A DNA stretch of 64,000 bases from Cenarchaeum sp. (GCA_963692915.1 OY843584.1:1056001-1120000), one strand, 5' to 3'; shown: positions 12,001-27,000, counted from the stretch's first letter. The notes: generated by a model from the sequence alone, not told the origin. A program made the numbers and translations.

Positions 12001-15000
12001 CCGACCAGTCAGTCGCGCGCGCCGTGCCCGTGACCGGCTCGTTGAACTCGATCAGCGTGAGCGTCAGGCTTTGCGTCCTGGCCGTGAACGTCGGCGCCGT
12101 AAAGTCGCCCACCGGCGTCGAGGCCCCATCGGCCAGCGCGTTGCCCTCGGCGTCGACGATCGAGCCGACCCTGTCGCCGTGCTGCGCGTCAAAGGTGATC
12201 ATGACCGTGGTGACGTCAACCCGGGAGAACTGGAGGAACCGGTTCACATCACGCGGCACCAGCGTCACCCTGCCGCCCGTGTCCAGGTCGATCGCGTAGC
12301 CAGAGGCCGGGCCACCCTCAACTGACGGCGTGTACTCCCCGCTCCAGGCAGGGAACGTCGTCGACGGGAACCGGAGTCCCGTACCGGAGAAGGTCCAGTC
12401 CGCAGGCTCCGGCGCGTCCTTGCCCGAGGCCAGCCTGACCGGCTCGGAGAAGGTCACGATGTGGGTGTAGTCTGTGCCGCCCCTCACCGGCCTCTCGGCG
12501 ATGAGCGTCGGCGGCGCCTTGTCGGCTATCGCCGTGGCCGCAACCTTGCCGCTGACTGCCACGAACGCGTTGCCCGCCGTGTCTGCCAGCGGGTCCGTGC
12601 CGCGGGGGGTGTACGTGAGGCCCGCTGTGGTCAGGCCGCCAAGGTCGGTGCTCGCGCGCGGCTCGGCGAGCGTGATGTAGAGCGTGTCTGTGGCAGTGGT
12701 GATCTCCAGGTCGCCCTCCACGGCCGCCCCGTCCTCTGCCAGCGAGAGCGACTCGGGGACAGAGCCGGCCACTTCCCACTCGCCAAACGCCGTCGTGCCC
12801 TCGACGTTCTCGCCAAAGGTGATCTTTACCGTGCTAGCCGACGTGAGCTCGGCCCTGAACGTCGGCGCAGTAGTGTCTGATGACGTGTACGCCACCGTCT
12901 CTGACACGGCCACAAGCGCGTTGCCGGCGAGGTCGAGGACCGTGGCAGGTATGCTTACTGCATAGTCCCCGTCCGTGTCGGCGTTAACGTCGACGCTGAT
13001 AGTCATGCCGCTCGCCGTTGCACCGTACGGCGTCAGGCTTCCGGACGGGGGCGTGACTGATATGTCGCCGGTGACCGTGACGGTCTCGCTGAACGTGAGG
13101 ACGATGTCATTGCCGTCAAACGCCGAGCTCACAAACGTCGGCGCGACGCGGTCGATCGTCGGCGGCGTCGTAGCCGACAGGGTCGTCTCGTCCACAGGGC
13201 GCGTCGAGCCCGAGGCAGCCGTCACCGTCGCGTCAAACGTGAACGCGCCCTCTATGGAGCCCGTAGTCTCGACGAGGTACGACGCGCGCCACTCGTTGAT
13301 CCCGGTGACTTGGGTCATCGGTACTGCGTCAGCAGTGGCAGTCTTGCCCACAAAGAGAACGCTAACCGAGCTCGCCGCGCCGTCAAGCGTGATCGAGAGC
13401 CTGATCGTGTCACCGGCGCGCGCGTGCGAGGCGTACGGCGAAGCCCTCTCGGTGGTCGTTGTGCCCTCAAAGACCGTGTACGCCACGGCAGTCGCCATCG
13501 GCGCGGCAGCCGGCGTGAACGTGTGCGACTCGTCTGCCGCCACGGGGTTGGCGGGATCGGCGGTGTCCGTTATCTCGTCGTCGACTCCCACCGTGTACTC
13601 CCTGCCGGCCGTGAACGCCGAGGCGAGGGCGAGGGCGTACACGGACGGTGATTCGCGCGTGACGGACGACACTTCTATGTTCGTGGGGGCACTGAAGTTG
13701 TCGTCTTCTGTGACAACCCACTCGTTGTCCGTGCCGTCGATGCCCACGACGTACGGGACGGAATCGTCGGACGGGTCGGAGCCCTCTGTGCTCGCCACGA
13801 ACATGACGGGCTCGGTGAACGTGACGTGCAGCGTGGTCGACGAGCGTATCGAGGTCGACATTATCTTCGGGGGCGCCGTGTCAGCGGCGGTGGCCTGGCC
13901 TGTCTGCAGCACCGTAGAGCCGTAGGTCACGTCCCCGTCAGTCGACGTGTATGTCACCTTTGGCGTCGAGGCCGTCGAGGCCAGGCCATCGTGCTTTAGG
14001 ATGATCGAGCGGAGGAGCAGCTCGGCTGGGCCCTCGAGGGTCCCGGTCGCCGGCGAGACTGCCGTGACGCGCCTGTCCGTGCCGTCCTCGGTCACGGTCC
14101 AGTCGCCGGCATCCAGCGTGCCGGCCGGCTGGAGCGGGAACGTCACGGCGATTATCCTCGAGTCTATCGTCCTGGCCGTAAAGGCCGCCGGCGGGGCGTC
14201 CCCAAATGCCGCTGACACCGAGCGCTCGGTGACTGCGTTGCCCTGCGCGTCGGCCAGTCCGGTCGACGGCAGGCTGACTGTGTGCTCGACGCCAAGCGTG
14301 GCCGCAGAGGCCAGCGTGATGGTGAGCGTGTTCGTGCCTGCGGCGTACGCCGGCGATCCCGTCGCCTGCGGCACGGCGTCCGGATCGCCGCCGTCGTCGT
14401 CCCCGTCAGGCACGGTCACGACGTACGCCAGGCCCGCTATCGTCGCCGCGTTGGCCATCGCCTCGCCAAAGCTGACCCTGATCGTGTTAGCCTCGCCAAA
14501 CGAGGCCACGGGCGCCGGAGGGGCGCCGTCTGCGGCCTGTTTGGGAACCCCCACGTCAAGCGCGTGGCCCGCACGGTCGGATATCCCCGGCGGGGCGTCC
14601 TGACCGGTCGGCGCCGTGTAGGTGACCAGCGGCGTGGCCCCAGTCGAGGCCGTCTCCGCATGATACAGCGTCAGCACGCCGGAGGGCTGGACGCCGGCAC
14701 TCGAGGCCGGATACCCGTCAACCTTCCATCCGGCGGCACGCGCACCGGCGACGGGCAGCGTGACTGTCTCGGTGAACCCGCCGGCCGGCGTGTACGTCAC
14801 GCTAGCTGACGGCAGGATCACGGCCTCGCTGAACGTAATGTCCGTCTCGGTCCGGCTCGCAGTCTCTGCCGTGTGCGTCGGCGGTATGTTGTCGGCTGCC
14901 TCGGCGTTGTGGTTCAGCACTGGGAGTGCAGTGGGGTTGAACAGCTGTCCCAGCGGGGGTGGCAGCGTGGGTTGCAGCGGGGTGACGCTGTGACTCACAT

Positions 15001-18000
15001 TCGGCGTGGAGCCCGTCGATGAGAGCGGCGCGTGCGTGATCGTCATCTCGGTCGCCGTGTTTGATGCAGGCACCGGGGTTGGGACGGGTTGCGAATAAGT
15101 GTCGCCCAGCAAGAGCGACGTTATCGCCCTCCTCTCGGACGTATTCCGATCACCGTCATCATCATCAGTCACACTCCAATGGGCAGGGTTGAGAAAGCCA
15201 CTAGTCGGCGCGCTCGGGAACGTCACGATCGTCGTCGTCAGGCTCGCAGTGGCGGCCGTGAAGGGCGCAGGCGGCGTGTACATCGCGCTCGCAGTGCTCG
15301 AGGCAAGCGTGTTGCCGGCCCTGTCGGCCAGCGCGGCCGGCAGCGTGAGGGTGTGCTCTACGCCCGCCGTCGCGAGGCTGGCCAGCGTGAGGGTGATCGT
15401 GCGGGCAGTCGCGTCATAGACTATGGGCCTCACCTGCGGGTTGGCTGCCAGGTCCTCTGTGGCCAGCGAGACGGTGCTGTCGCCGGCGCTCACGGCGAAC
15501 GCATAGACCTCCACCTGCGTCGGCGTGTTGATGAGGGCCTCGCTTACCGTGATGACGAGTGTCCTGGCCCCGTCAAAGACCGCATTCGCCGTTGGCGCCG
15601 TGGTGTCTATGGTCGGCACGCTGACGGTGACTCCCGTGTCCAGGCCGGAGGACTGCGTTATGGTCGCCTCGTGGGTCGCCGCGTCAGACGCCGTGATCTC
15701 GAACGTGAAGTCCAAGTCGTCCGTCTCGGCCGTCGTGGACATTATGGTCATGTCGTGCTGCCACGTAAGGACGTCGTTGTCCCCGCCGTCGTTCATGGCC
15801 TCGGCCGTCTCCGTCCTGTCCGTGCCGGGCACCGTTATCTGCGGCGCGGCGGTGACGGCCTCGTGGAGCGTGAGGCGGAGGCGGACAGTATCATCGGCCA
15901 TCGCGTGCAGCGCATAGTCGCCGGTCTTTAGCGTGGACGTGTCCAGCGTGTCAGTGTCGCCGTACACCTCGAATGCTATCTCAGTCGCCACTGGCGGCAG
16001 GCCATAGTCGGCAAACCCAGGCACCCTCACGTTGCCGCTCACAGAGTTGCCGACCGCGTCGCTTATACCGTCCACGTTCAGGAGGTACATGCCCATGGCC
16101 ACTGGATCGGCCAGCGTGAAGCGCAGGCCGGTGCCCGGCCCGTACTCGTCGCCGGCCGGATCGAACGGGTTGGGGGTCGTCCCCGTGTGGGCCGTCGGCG
16201 AGCCCGTGGTGACAGCGCGTGTTTCCATGGTGGTGACCACCAGGCGATTGCCGCTCGGCAGCACGACTGCCCCGTCAAAGAGGATCTCGACGGTGTTGGC
16301 CGCCGTAAAGCTCGCCAGCTGCGGCCGCGGCGGCACGCCGTCGTCGGCGCGCACAGTCGCCGTGGCAAGGGGGTTGTCGGCCCCGTCGGCCAGGAGATCC
16401 TGCCCCATGGCCACATCCTGATCGGTCAGGGTCGGCCGCACGTACGAGACGTCTGGCGTCGAGGCCGTCGAGTCGAGATCGTCGTGGTGGAGGATCACCT
16501 TGGTCTTCCCGGTAGCCGACATGAGGTTGAGCGTCTCCAGTGGCCCCACGGAGAGCACGGTCACGCCCGTGACGGTGAGCGTGTCGTCCCCGTCTGAGAG
16601 CGACCAGTCGGCCGCGCGCACCGTGCCCATGAGGGTCTCCTCAAAGTCGACTTCCGTGCGCCCCGGGACCTGCGTCCTGGCCGTGAACGCCGGCGGCGTG
16701 GTGTCCTCCACGGCAGACGAGGTCCCGTCGGCCAGCGCGTTGCCGGCAGCGTCGACTAGCGAGCCGGCCCTGTCCGTCTCGCCGTCCGGCGGGACGTTGA
16801 GCGTGAGCGTGAGCGGCCTTTCCGTGTGGAAGGAGAAATAGTTGATGCCGAACCGCTGGCCCAGCTCGGGCACGACAGTGGCGGTGCCGGCGTCCAGGTC
16901 GACGGTGGCCGTCTTGGCGTCCAGCGTGATGTCGGCGGTGTCTCCAGAGTTCCTCCCTGTGAACGTCCAGTCGTCCTCTGTCGGCAGCATCTTGCCGGTG
17001 GCCTGCGAGATGGGCTCGGAGAAGGTCACGATGTGGTCGGTCTCAGGGATGCCAGTCAGCGGCCTCTCGACTGTGAACGTCGGCGGCGCGCCGTCAGTCG
17101 CGTCTGCACCGCCGTCGTCGACGCTGGTGCCGCTGGCGCCGCCCTCCTTGAGGTCACCGTCGGCATAGTCGACGCGCGGTGTGGCGCCAGTCGAGGAGAG
17201 CGCATTGTGCGTGATGAGGAGCTGCGTGGCCTCGGGGCTCGACGGGATCGTCGGCGTCTGCGCCGACGCGCCACCCGGCACGGCCGGCGTCGCGGCCACC
17301 GAGCCGGAGTCGGCCACCGTCGCCACGCTCGATATCGCCAGCTCCGCGTCGTCCGAGCCGGTGTCGTTGTCGGTGACCGTCCAGTCACCCACGTCAAGCG
17401 TGCCGGCGAGCGCGCCGCCGTCAAACGTGACGAGCGTCGTAGTCAGGCTCGCAGTGGCGGCCGTAAAGGGGTCTGCTGCGACGGGCGCCATGCGCGTCGC
17501 GCTTGTCGTCGCGGCCGCGAGGAGGTTCTTTGCGTCATCTGCCAGTGCGGTGAGCGTGTTTGGGTCAGCTCCCACGACGGGAAGCGTGACTGTGTGGGCC
17601 GTGCCGGCCGCCGCAGCCGAGGCCAGCGTGAGCGTGATTGTAGAGGTGGTGGCCTGCTCGGCATAGACGGCCGTGCCGGTGAGGGCCACGGTGCCGTCTG
17701 GGGTCGTTGTGGGGTACCTGGCAACGTCTGCCGGAACGCCTGTCACGTCCCTGATCGCCCCCGCACTCGTCGGTGCCGCAAGCGCCACCAGGTGCTCGTC
17801 GAACGTGATGGTGATCTCGTTCGGCGCGGTGAACGCGGAGGATGCGACCATGGGGGCGGTCCGGTCGACGCTCACGTGGTATCCCCCGCCGCTTATCAGG
17901 GCGCCTGAACCGGTGTCAGACGAGTCGTCAGTCAGGTTCGCCTGCGTGAACGTCGCCGTGTTGCCGGCGCCGTCGCGCACGGTGAGCGTGAACGGGATGG

Positions 18001-21000
18001 CGCCCTCCGGCGAGGAGGCCGTGACGGCGTACGAATAGTTGTACACCTGCGTGCTCTGGGCCTTGCCCGCGACCAGGGCGCCTGCAGTCGAGGACGTGCC
18101 GGGGAAGAACGCAATGTCAGCGGCGGCGGCAGACGGAGTGTAGCTGCCGTCGGTAGGATTGTCGCCAATAAACGCTATGGGCGAGCCGCCGGCATGGAGG
18201 GCCTCGGTGGGCTTTATGAGCACCCATGCGTTATGGCCGGCGCCGGCAGGATTCTGGGTGTAATATTGTGACTGCGCAGTGTGGCGATCGGCCCTGAGCA
18301 TAAAGAGCGAGCCGCTGTCGGCGAGCGCCGGCGGCGCGCCGTCTGCGGCGTCAACAGGACCTGTCGGCACGGCAGTCGTGCCGGCCACCAGGCCGTCAGA
18401 CGCAGGGCGCGTGTACGTGACTATGGGCGTGGAGGACGTGGTGGAGAGCTCTGCGTGCGTGATGAGCAGCGACGTGACTGTGGGCGTGGATCCCAGCACG
18501 TGCGTGACTGGCGGCGTGGAGCCGTCAACTGGCGTCGCGGTGACCTGGTTCATCCCGTCGGCAGTCACCGTCTCGATGCTCGATATGCCAATGCTCGCGG
18601 CAGTCTCGGGGGCCGCCTCGTCGACTGCCCAGTCGGCCACGTCGAGCGTGCCGGTGAGGCTCTCGCCGTCAAACGTGATGAGCGTCGTGGTGGACGTCTT
18701 TGTCCTGGCATCAAGCGGCCCGTCGTAGGCCTGCACTGGGTATGGCACGATGGGGCCACTAGTCCCGCCGCTGCCGGTTCTGGGCGCGGAATTGCCATAA
18801 AAGTCCAGGACGTGCTCGTCTGGGACAACCATGTACGCCCTGCCAGGAATGGTATCGGTGCCATCATCCAGCGTGAGCGTGTACGTGTCAGAGGACGTGC
18901 GCTCGGCGGACTCCACGGTCAGGTCGCCCCTCGGCGACGTCACCGTCCACGCGTCGTCTGCCGCATAGTCCACGGCACCAGTCACGAACGTGACATCCGT
19001 GCTGAATGTGGCCGTGATCGTGTGCTCGGCCGTAAATGCCGCCGACGTGACCGTGGGACGCGTCTTGTCCCCTGCCAAGGCTTCCGTGCTGCCGGTCTGC
19101 ACCCTGTTGGGCGTGTCTCCGGCGGGCAGCACGTCGGTGAGGCCTCCGGTCGCCGGCTGCGTGTACGTCACCGTGGGCGTGTCAGTGAGCGCCAGGAATG
19201 GGGTGGCCGGGGAATTGCTGGCGCCGACATACAGCAGGCCGTCGAACTCGTGGGCGGCCAGTATGTTGGCGCTGCCCTTGAGGCGTGGAGAATTGTTGCC
19301 CGCACGAGGATCCTGAGTCGCCACGGTCAGCGTCGGCGTGGCAGTGCCCGTCAGGGCGATCGCCCAGTCTGCCACGACTGTCGTGCCCTGTATGGGCTCG
19401 TCGAACTTTACCACGACATGCGTGGTGTTGAACACGCGCGCCGTGAACGTCGGCGCCGTGGTGTCAGTCTGCGTCGATACCGTGTACGTTGCCGTGACGC
19501 CACCGGCGGCGTACGGCACGTGCGCCACGTTGGTCAGCGAGTCAGTCGGGGTGATTGTGTGGACCACGGCCTGCGGCGCGTCGGCGGCGAGCGTGAGCGT
19601 GACTGTGAGCGCAGTAGAGTCATAGGCGATGGGCATCACCGGCGGGTCGGCTGCCAGGTTCTCTGTGGCCAGCGCGACGCTGACGGGGTCGGCGTCCTGC
19701 GTCGCGCCGGGCACCGTCACGCCAAAGTTGGCCGCAACGACTGTCGCCGGCGCGAGGGCCTCGTTAGAGGTCAGCACGATGGTGCGCGCGCCGTGGAACC
19801 CTGCGGTGAACGTCGGCGGCGTAGAGTCGTATATGATGTCCACAGGGGTTCCGGCATAGGCGTTGCCGCTGGGGTCCTCTATGGCGCCCGTGCCGCCGAT
19901 CGTCAGCGTGTAGACCGTCCCGTCATCAGCACCCGTGATGTCAGACGTCACGGGGATCGTTATCGTGCTGCCCGAGGAGGTCACCGTGCCGAGCGTAGCC
20001 GACGGCGCGCCCGACACCGTCGGTGTCAGCGTAAAGGTGAGCGTGGAGGGCAGCGAGGCGAGCGTCTCAGTAAAGGTCAGCGTCACGCCAGTGCCTTCGG
20101 TCGCAAAGGCGGCGCGATCCAACATCGGTGCGGCGCCGTCAGTCGGCGTTATTCCGGAACGCGGAACGCGGTTGTTCAGGCTCTCATCATCATTTAGCGC
20201 GTCGCTAAGATAGACTGGCTGCTCGCGATATCTGACCCTTGGTTGCTCACCTGTGCCAAATTCATCCGCAAGTGTGAACGTATAGACCGTGCGCACAAGA
20301 TCGCTATCTGGTGTCGTCGCGCCAGCAAGCGTCCTGTTCGTCGCGCTCACCGAGAACGGCTTGACGCTCTCGGCGAACGCGGCTCCGCCGATAAACCAGG
20401 GATCAACAGCCGTGTATTTGGGCCTTTCTGACTTGTGGATGAGCTCGCTGAACGTGACGTCGATCGTAGTCGCGCTCGTCGTGCGCGCCGAGAACATCAC
20501 CGGAGGCGCCTTGTCCTCCACTGACATGGCCTCAGTCATGCCGCCGAGCTGCGTCAGCGGGTTGCCGCTACGATCAGTCAGAACGGTGTCAGGGGACATC
20601 GGCATGTGCACAAAGTCTGATGCCGTGAGCGCCGTGAGCGAGCCGCTGCCGTCAGGATCGTCCAGGCTAGTCAGCGTTCGCGCCGTTTCGAGGACGCCGC
20701 TTATCGCAAAGGAGGGGCCATAGATAGGATCATCGGGGAACGAGTAGTTGTTGCCGGTAAACGGTGGGGTCAGATCGACGCCGTTGACCGTCCAGTCGCG
20801 TGCAGCTGACGTGCTGCCGCTGGGCGGATACTCACTAATGATGAAATTCGCCGTGGTCGCAGACGTGAGCTGGGCGCGGAACTCGGGCTGCGTAAAGTCG
20901 CCCGCCGGAATCCTGATACTCGAGCCGGCCGGATAGCCGTTGTTGCCGTCCGTGTCAGTCACTAGCGGCAGGATGACGCGATAGTCCGCCCCCTCTGTGG

Positions 21001-24000
21001 CCGGATTTTGCGTCATCAGCGTGACTGTTGCGGTGTTTAACGTCCTGTCGTTGACCCGCGAGGCCGTGACTGTGCCGAGGGCCTGGGCGGTCTGGCCCGG
21101 GAGCGCCACGGTAAAGTCGAGGCCCGCGACGTCGTTTAGCTGGTCGTCGTACACGATGAATATGCGGTAGGGTGACGTGGTGAACCCTATGGACGTGATC
21201 TCCGGGCCGGTCATGTCAGCCGCTCCCACTCCGACCGCCGTGATCGTGCTGCTGGTCCGAGTCCCGGAGCCGTCAGAGGCAACCAGGTCAGGATACCTGA
21301 TGGTGTATACGGTGCCCTCTGTGGCATCGTTCTCGGTATCTAGCGTGATCGTAAACGTGGACGTGCCGGCGTCCGCCGAGTATGTCGCAGTGACCGTGCC
21401 GAGTGCCGGGGTGACAGAGAACCCTGTGAGGTCGGGATTCGTCACATCCACGTCGACGGTGAGCACAATGCGCTTGGACGTCGCAAAGTGCGCCTCGATC
21501 GGTGGAGGCACGGGGGCCTGCAGTGACATGGCACCCGAGGTCACGGAAAGCTCGCCGGCGTCAAGCGCGTTGCCCGCAACGTCAGAGATCGACGGGTGCA
21601 CTATGACATACGCGGTGGCATCAGGCGCAGCATCAGTCGTCGTCAGTATGAGCATATCCCTAGACGCATAATAGTTGTATGACACGTCGCCGAGGTTCAT
21701 TGTGCGATCCGAGGCAAGCTCGACTTCAAATTCGAGCACTCCCGTGTCGACAATCTCCTCGCTCACGTCGATCTCGATCGTGCGCGAGTTGACAAATACG
21801 GGGTTTGAGAGCGCAGGCGGCGTCACCTCATACATTACGTCGATGCTAGCGGTGTTGGGCGGGTTGGCGACCAGATCGGTTATCGCGGCAGACTCGATGC
21901 GGTACGTCGTGTTCTCTGTCGCCGCAGCTACTGTGAGCGTGATAGTGTTCGACGAGGCGTCAAATGACGGCGGCGGGGAAGTGCTCACCGCAAGCGGTGT
22001 GAGTCCAGGCAGCGCGCTGACTGTGAACGTGCCCAACGGCGAGGCCGAGATCTCCTCGCTAGTCGTGATCTCTATGGTCGTCGAGGACGCGAATCTGGCC
22101 CCGGTGAACGTCGGCGGCGCGAAGTCCAATACCGCGTACGGCGAGCTCACAAGCACGTTGCCCGCCAAGTCTGCCAGCCTATCGGTAGACGACGGCGTGT
22201 AGACGATCGAGGCCGGCGTGAGCGCAGGTGGCGACGTGATGTCAGTGGCGCGCTCGGCAGCAAGCGTGAGGACAAGGGAAGACGACACCGCGCGTACCGG
22301 GACGCCGGCGACTGTCCACTGTGGGGCGGTAAGTGGGCCACTTACGCCTTCGGTAAGGTATATCTGCACAGTAGTCGAGCTTAAGAGGGCCGCGGTCATG
22401 GTTGGCGGCGCCTCGTCGGTGACTGCCTCGGCGTCTGCCGTGGCGCCGGCTGCGGCAAGGTGGAGAAGTGCGTCGTTCTGGAGCGTATTGTCCTCAGTAG
22501 TAGAGCCGGCCGCGGGGCGCGTATAGACCACGCTATCCGGCGTGATCGGCGTGAGCGGGCCGGTGGTACCGGGGAAGTTGTCGGGGTCTGACAGGTCCGT
22601 AAGCGCGCGCGCCGAGGTGAGTGTGAGGGTGATCACCGTGGCACGGGATGGCGAGGCCGGCTCGACCGCGCTGACCGTCGAGCCGGCTACAATCCACTCG
22701 GCAGGCGCCGTCGTGCCGCTGACCGCCTCGTCGAACTCGATCTCTACCGTGTTTGCAGACTTTAGGGCCGCCGTGAACGTCGGTGCCGTGGTGTCCGTCG
22801 CCACTCCGACAGCGGTGATCGAGCGGGCGCTCTGCTCGTTGCCGTTGAGGTCAACTAGCCGCGGGTACTCGATCGTGTACGTTGTGCCCGCCGTGGAATC
22901 ATCCCGCGTCGTGATCGTGAACGTGTCAGTGGCCGCCGAGTACGTCACAGTTATCGGGCCAAGGGAGGGGGTGACGGAGAACCCTGTGAGGTTGGGATCC
23001 CGCACATCCTCGCTGACTGTGAGCACGATCGTTTTGGGCGTCACAAAGGTCGCCGTCAGGACCGACGGTAGCGAGCGTTCAGCCTGGGCAGGGGAGATCG
23101 TGCCGGCCAGAGAGGAGAGGCCGATGAGGTTGGTCACCGGCGGGTATGAGACCACGTATGCGTCTCCCACCCCGGCAGTCTCAGTCGTGAGCGTAATAGT
23201 CGACGTGTCTGTCTCGTCGTCATTGGCGCGAGCCGCCGAGACCTCGCCAAAGGCCTGCGCAGGGAGCCCTGGCAGCGAGACGGTAAAGTCGAGCCCTGAG
23301 ACGTCGCGGATGCGGTCGTCCACGTCGATCGTTATCGTGTATGGCGTGGTGCGCCCAACGCCAGAGAGAACCGGCGCAGTCGTGTCATCATATGTCGCCA
23401 AGAGATCATCGGAGCGTCCGCCATTGCCCTCGAGGTCGGTTAGCGACGGGACATAGATCTCGTAGGCCCGGCCTGCCGTCGCTGCAGTCGCCGTGGTGAT
23501 GGTGAACCTGTCACTCACATCCGAGTACGCCACTGCGAGCGCGCCGAGTGCGGGCGTGAGGGCAAACCGCTGGCTCGTGAGGCCGGTTCCGGCGGCCGTG
23601 TGCGCTATGACGCCATCGGCGTCGCTAAGATCCTCGTTCACGTCGATCAGTATCGTGTTGGCCTCAACAAAGTGCGCGTTGGAGAGAATCGGGAACTCCC
23701 CAAAGTCGGCAGTAATCGCCACAGTCGTGCCAGGTGCTGCCGCATTGCCGTCCGTGTCAGTTATCGCCGGATATGACACATAGTACATGGTGGATGACCC
23801 AAAGCTGAGATCATTGGTGAGCTCTAGTGTGATCGTCGCCGTGTTCGCTAGTGTGAGCGTCCCCGGGTTCACCGAGCCGTCATTCACGCGCGAGGCCTTG
23901 GGCGTGTCTATTGTCACCAGTGCCAAGCCCGGCGAGGCCGGCGTGTCGCTCCGTAGCTGGAACGTGAGACCCGAGACGTCCTCGATCTGGTCATTGACGT

Positions 24001-27000
24001 CTATCTCTATGAGATTCCGCGAGATGAACTTTGCGCCAGAGAGGGCAGGCGGCGTGTTGTCTCCCCTGCTGACCTCGGGCTGGAAGGCGCCGTGGTGCAG
24101 CCTGTTGTTGTAAATGTCAGACGTTGCCGGAATGTAAACCCTGTAGAGCAGGTCATATACGGCAGCCCTCTCAGTCACCAGCGTGAGCGTCGCCGAGTCC
24201 GTGGCGGGGTCATTCACGAACGAGTGCGTGATTGTGCCAAGGTTGCCCGGATCCTGGGGGCCGGGGAGCGGGTACACGGCAAACTGCGTATCAGTAATCA
24301 CGATGGGTGAGAGCTGGTCGGTGACGTCGATCAGTATCGTGTTGGCGTCAGTAAAGCGCGCATTATAGTATGAAGGCGGCGTCGTGTCAAGAGTCGATCT
24401 CGCGGTGAGCTCGCCGGCGGCAAGAATGTTGTACCTCACGTCCGATATCGACGGGTACTCTATGACATATGTCAGCCTGTCGCTGTTGGGGCGATTAAGC
24501 AGGTTGGGTGCGGCAGTCTCTGTCGTCAGTATGAGCTTGTCACTAGACGCGCGATAGACGTATGACACGTCGCCGAGGTTGGTTGTGCGGTCCGTGCGGA
24601 GCTCGACGGCAAAGCTGAACAGTCCCGTGTCGACAATCTCCTCGCTCACGTCGATCTCGATCGTGCGCGAGTTGACAAATACGGGGTTTGAGAGCACAGG
24701 CGGCGTCGTGTCATATGTCACCTCGATGCTGGCCGCATGGTCGTCAGTCTGTCCGGCCTCGGTTATCTCGGCAGACTCTATGAGGTACGCCGTGCCCTCT
24801 GTGGCTGCGGCCACCGTGAGCGTGATGGTGTTCGACGAGGCGGCAAATGACGGCTGCGGGGAAGTGCTCACCGCAAGCGGTGTGAGCCCAGGCAGCGCGC
24901 TGACTGTGAACGTGCCCAGCGGCGAGGCCAGGATCTCCTCGCTAGTCGTGACCTCTATGGTCGTCGGGGACGTAAAGCGTGCCCCAGTAAACGTCGGCGG
25001 CGCCTCGTCTGTCAGGGCACTGGCAACAAGGGCCGTGTCGGCCGTGCCGAGACCATTGCCTGCGCCATCCTCTATGGCCCGGACGGCCCGCGCCGTGTAC
25101 GTGACGTCCGAGGCAGTCAGGCTGCCAAGGGCGGTGCTAGCGCGCTCAGTGGCGAGTGTGAGGTAGAGCTCCTCGACGTCGTCGAGCTTTAGGTCGCCGG
25201 TCACGGGGATTCCGCCGGCAGGCTCGGAGATCAGGGCCGGCGCCGTGCCGTCAAAGCTCCACTCGCCAGGCGCCGTCGTGCCGTCGACTGGCTCATCAAA
25301 GGTGATCCTCACGGTGCTAGCAGACGCGAGCTCGGCGCTAAACGTCGGCGCGGCATCGACGATCGCCGTGTACGTCGCGCCCGTTGATGCGCCGACGTCG
25401 ATCCTGTTGGTCGAATCGGCCACGTCTGTGATCGTGTCAGCGGCGTGAATCGTGTATGCCGTGCCGTCAGTTGCCCCGGTGCCGAGCTCTAGCGTGTATG
25501 TCGAGTCTGCCGTGCGCGAGGCCGACATCACCGAGAGGACGCCGCCGTCGTGGGTCACGCGCCAGCCGTCATTCGTGTTGGCCGTGCCCACGTTACTCAC
25601 GTCCTCGCTGAACGTCACGCTGACCGTGTCGGCGTCGGTGAACGTGGCCGACTCGATGGACGGCGCAACCATGTCAGTGGCCGTGATTCCGTCACCAGTA
25701 GTTGATGCGAGCTTTTCGCCGGACCCGCTGACTAGCACGACAGTGGAGGGGACCCCGTCTGGGCGCCCGGGGTTTATGCCAAAGTTGGGCGGCTGCGTGT
25801 ATGTCACCAGTGGCGTCGCGTCAGTCGCCTGGGCGACAGGCAGGGCGAACGTGATGGACGTGACGGGCAGCTGGAACGTGCCGGCAGTGATGTCACCCGG
25901 TATGACCGGCGCCGTGCCGGCGACGGTCCAGTGGCTTGCAGCCGTTGAGCCGGTGACCGGCTCGGAGAATCTCACCGTGAGCGACGTCGGCGTGTCAAGC
26001 GTCGCAGTTATCGTCAGCGCCACGCCAAAGGGCATCGGCGTCCTCTCGGAGGCCGCGTGGGCCACAGGCGACGGGGCAGCATCAGTGAGGGCCGAGCCGA
26101 CTGCAAGGTGGTATGTGCTCCCAGACGTGACAGGCGTGTCAATGTCCACCGTGATGAAAGAGTTGAGGATGTGCGCGGCGTTTGAGGTGCGCGTGGGCGT
26201 AAAGCGCACTGGCGTGCCCGTGCCGGCTGCCACCTGCGCCCCGTCAGTCGCAGAGTCATGCAGCACAAAGGCCGAGGCCGGAGGCGTGTTGACCGGCTCG
26301 CTAAAGGCGACTGTGATCGTGTCGGCATCAACAAAGCGCGCGTGCAGGATTTCCGGACCAAGGCCATCGGTGGCGACATCAGTCCAGTCTGCAGCGTCGC
26401 CCGCGTACACTGTGCGCGGTGTCGCATCAGTCGCCAGTGGCGCATCAATGTGCGCGCGGACCGTCTGCGCGCCCGTGACATCGACGCTCGAGGAGGGCAG
26501 CGCGCCGCCAATGGAGACGCCAGAGGCCACGATGCCGTCGACGCGTATGTCTGATGCCGCCACGGGCACTGTCCCCGTGAACGTGAACGCCATGTCCACT
26601 GCAGTCGTGCTCGCCGTCGTGGCCTCAAAGAGCGGCGTATAGACGGCGCTCAGTGCAGGGCCAGAGTACGGCACAAACGCGGCGTTGGAGACGCTCGGGA
26701 CGATGGTGTATGACCATCCGGCCACGGCGTCACCGGCGAGGGTGAGCGTGACGGCGCTCGTGTCGGCATTGTACGAGACGCCGGCCAGCTCCACGCCAGA
26801 CGTGATCACGCCATCTGTGACACTGACTGCAAAGTTGTCCGGCCCGAGCGAGGCGCCGCCTGCCAGCGCGTCATCAAAGTCCACCAGTATCGCCCTTGTG
26901 CCCACAAATGCCGTGGACTCGGCGACAGGTGCGGACGCGTCGCGCGTGATTGCGATCCTGACATCGCCGAACGCCACTGGCACAGACGCCTGGTCCGTGA

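Noticed and set aside
18281-20197. 638-aa Arg/Gly/His-rich plus ORF (also 42185-44095, 57539-59227, 38693-39880)
   Set aside because: They lie in the exact antisense register of the real gene and stay open because TTA/CTA/TCA codons are scarce in it. The composition is not protein-like.
26014-26628. Short Arg/Pro/Ser-rich minus-strand ORFs in the two other minus frames
   Set aside because: These are out-of-frame overlaps with the giant CDS and have no recognisable domains.
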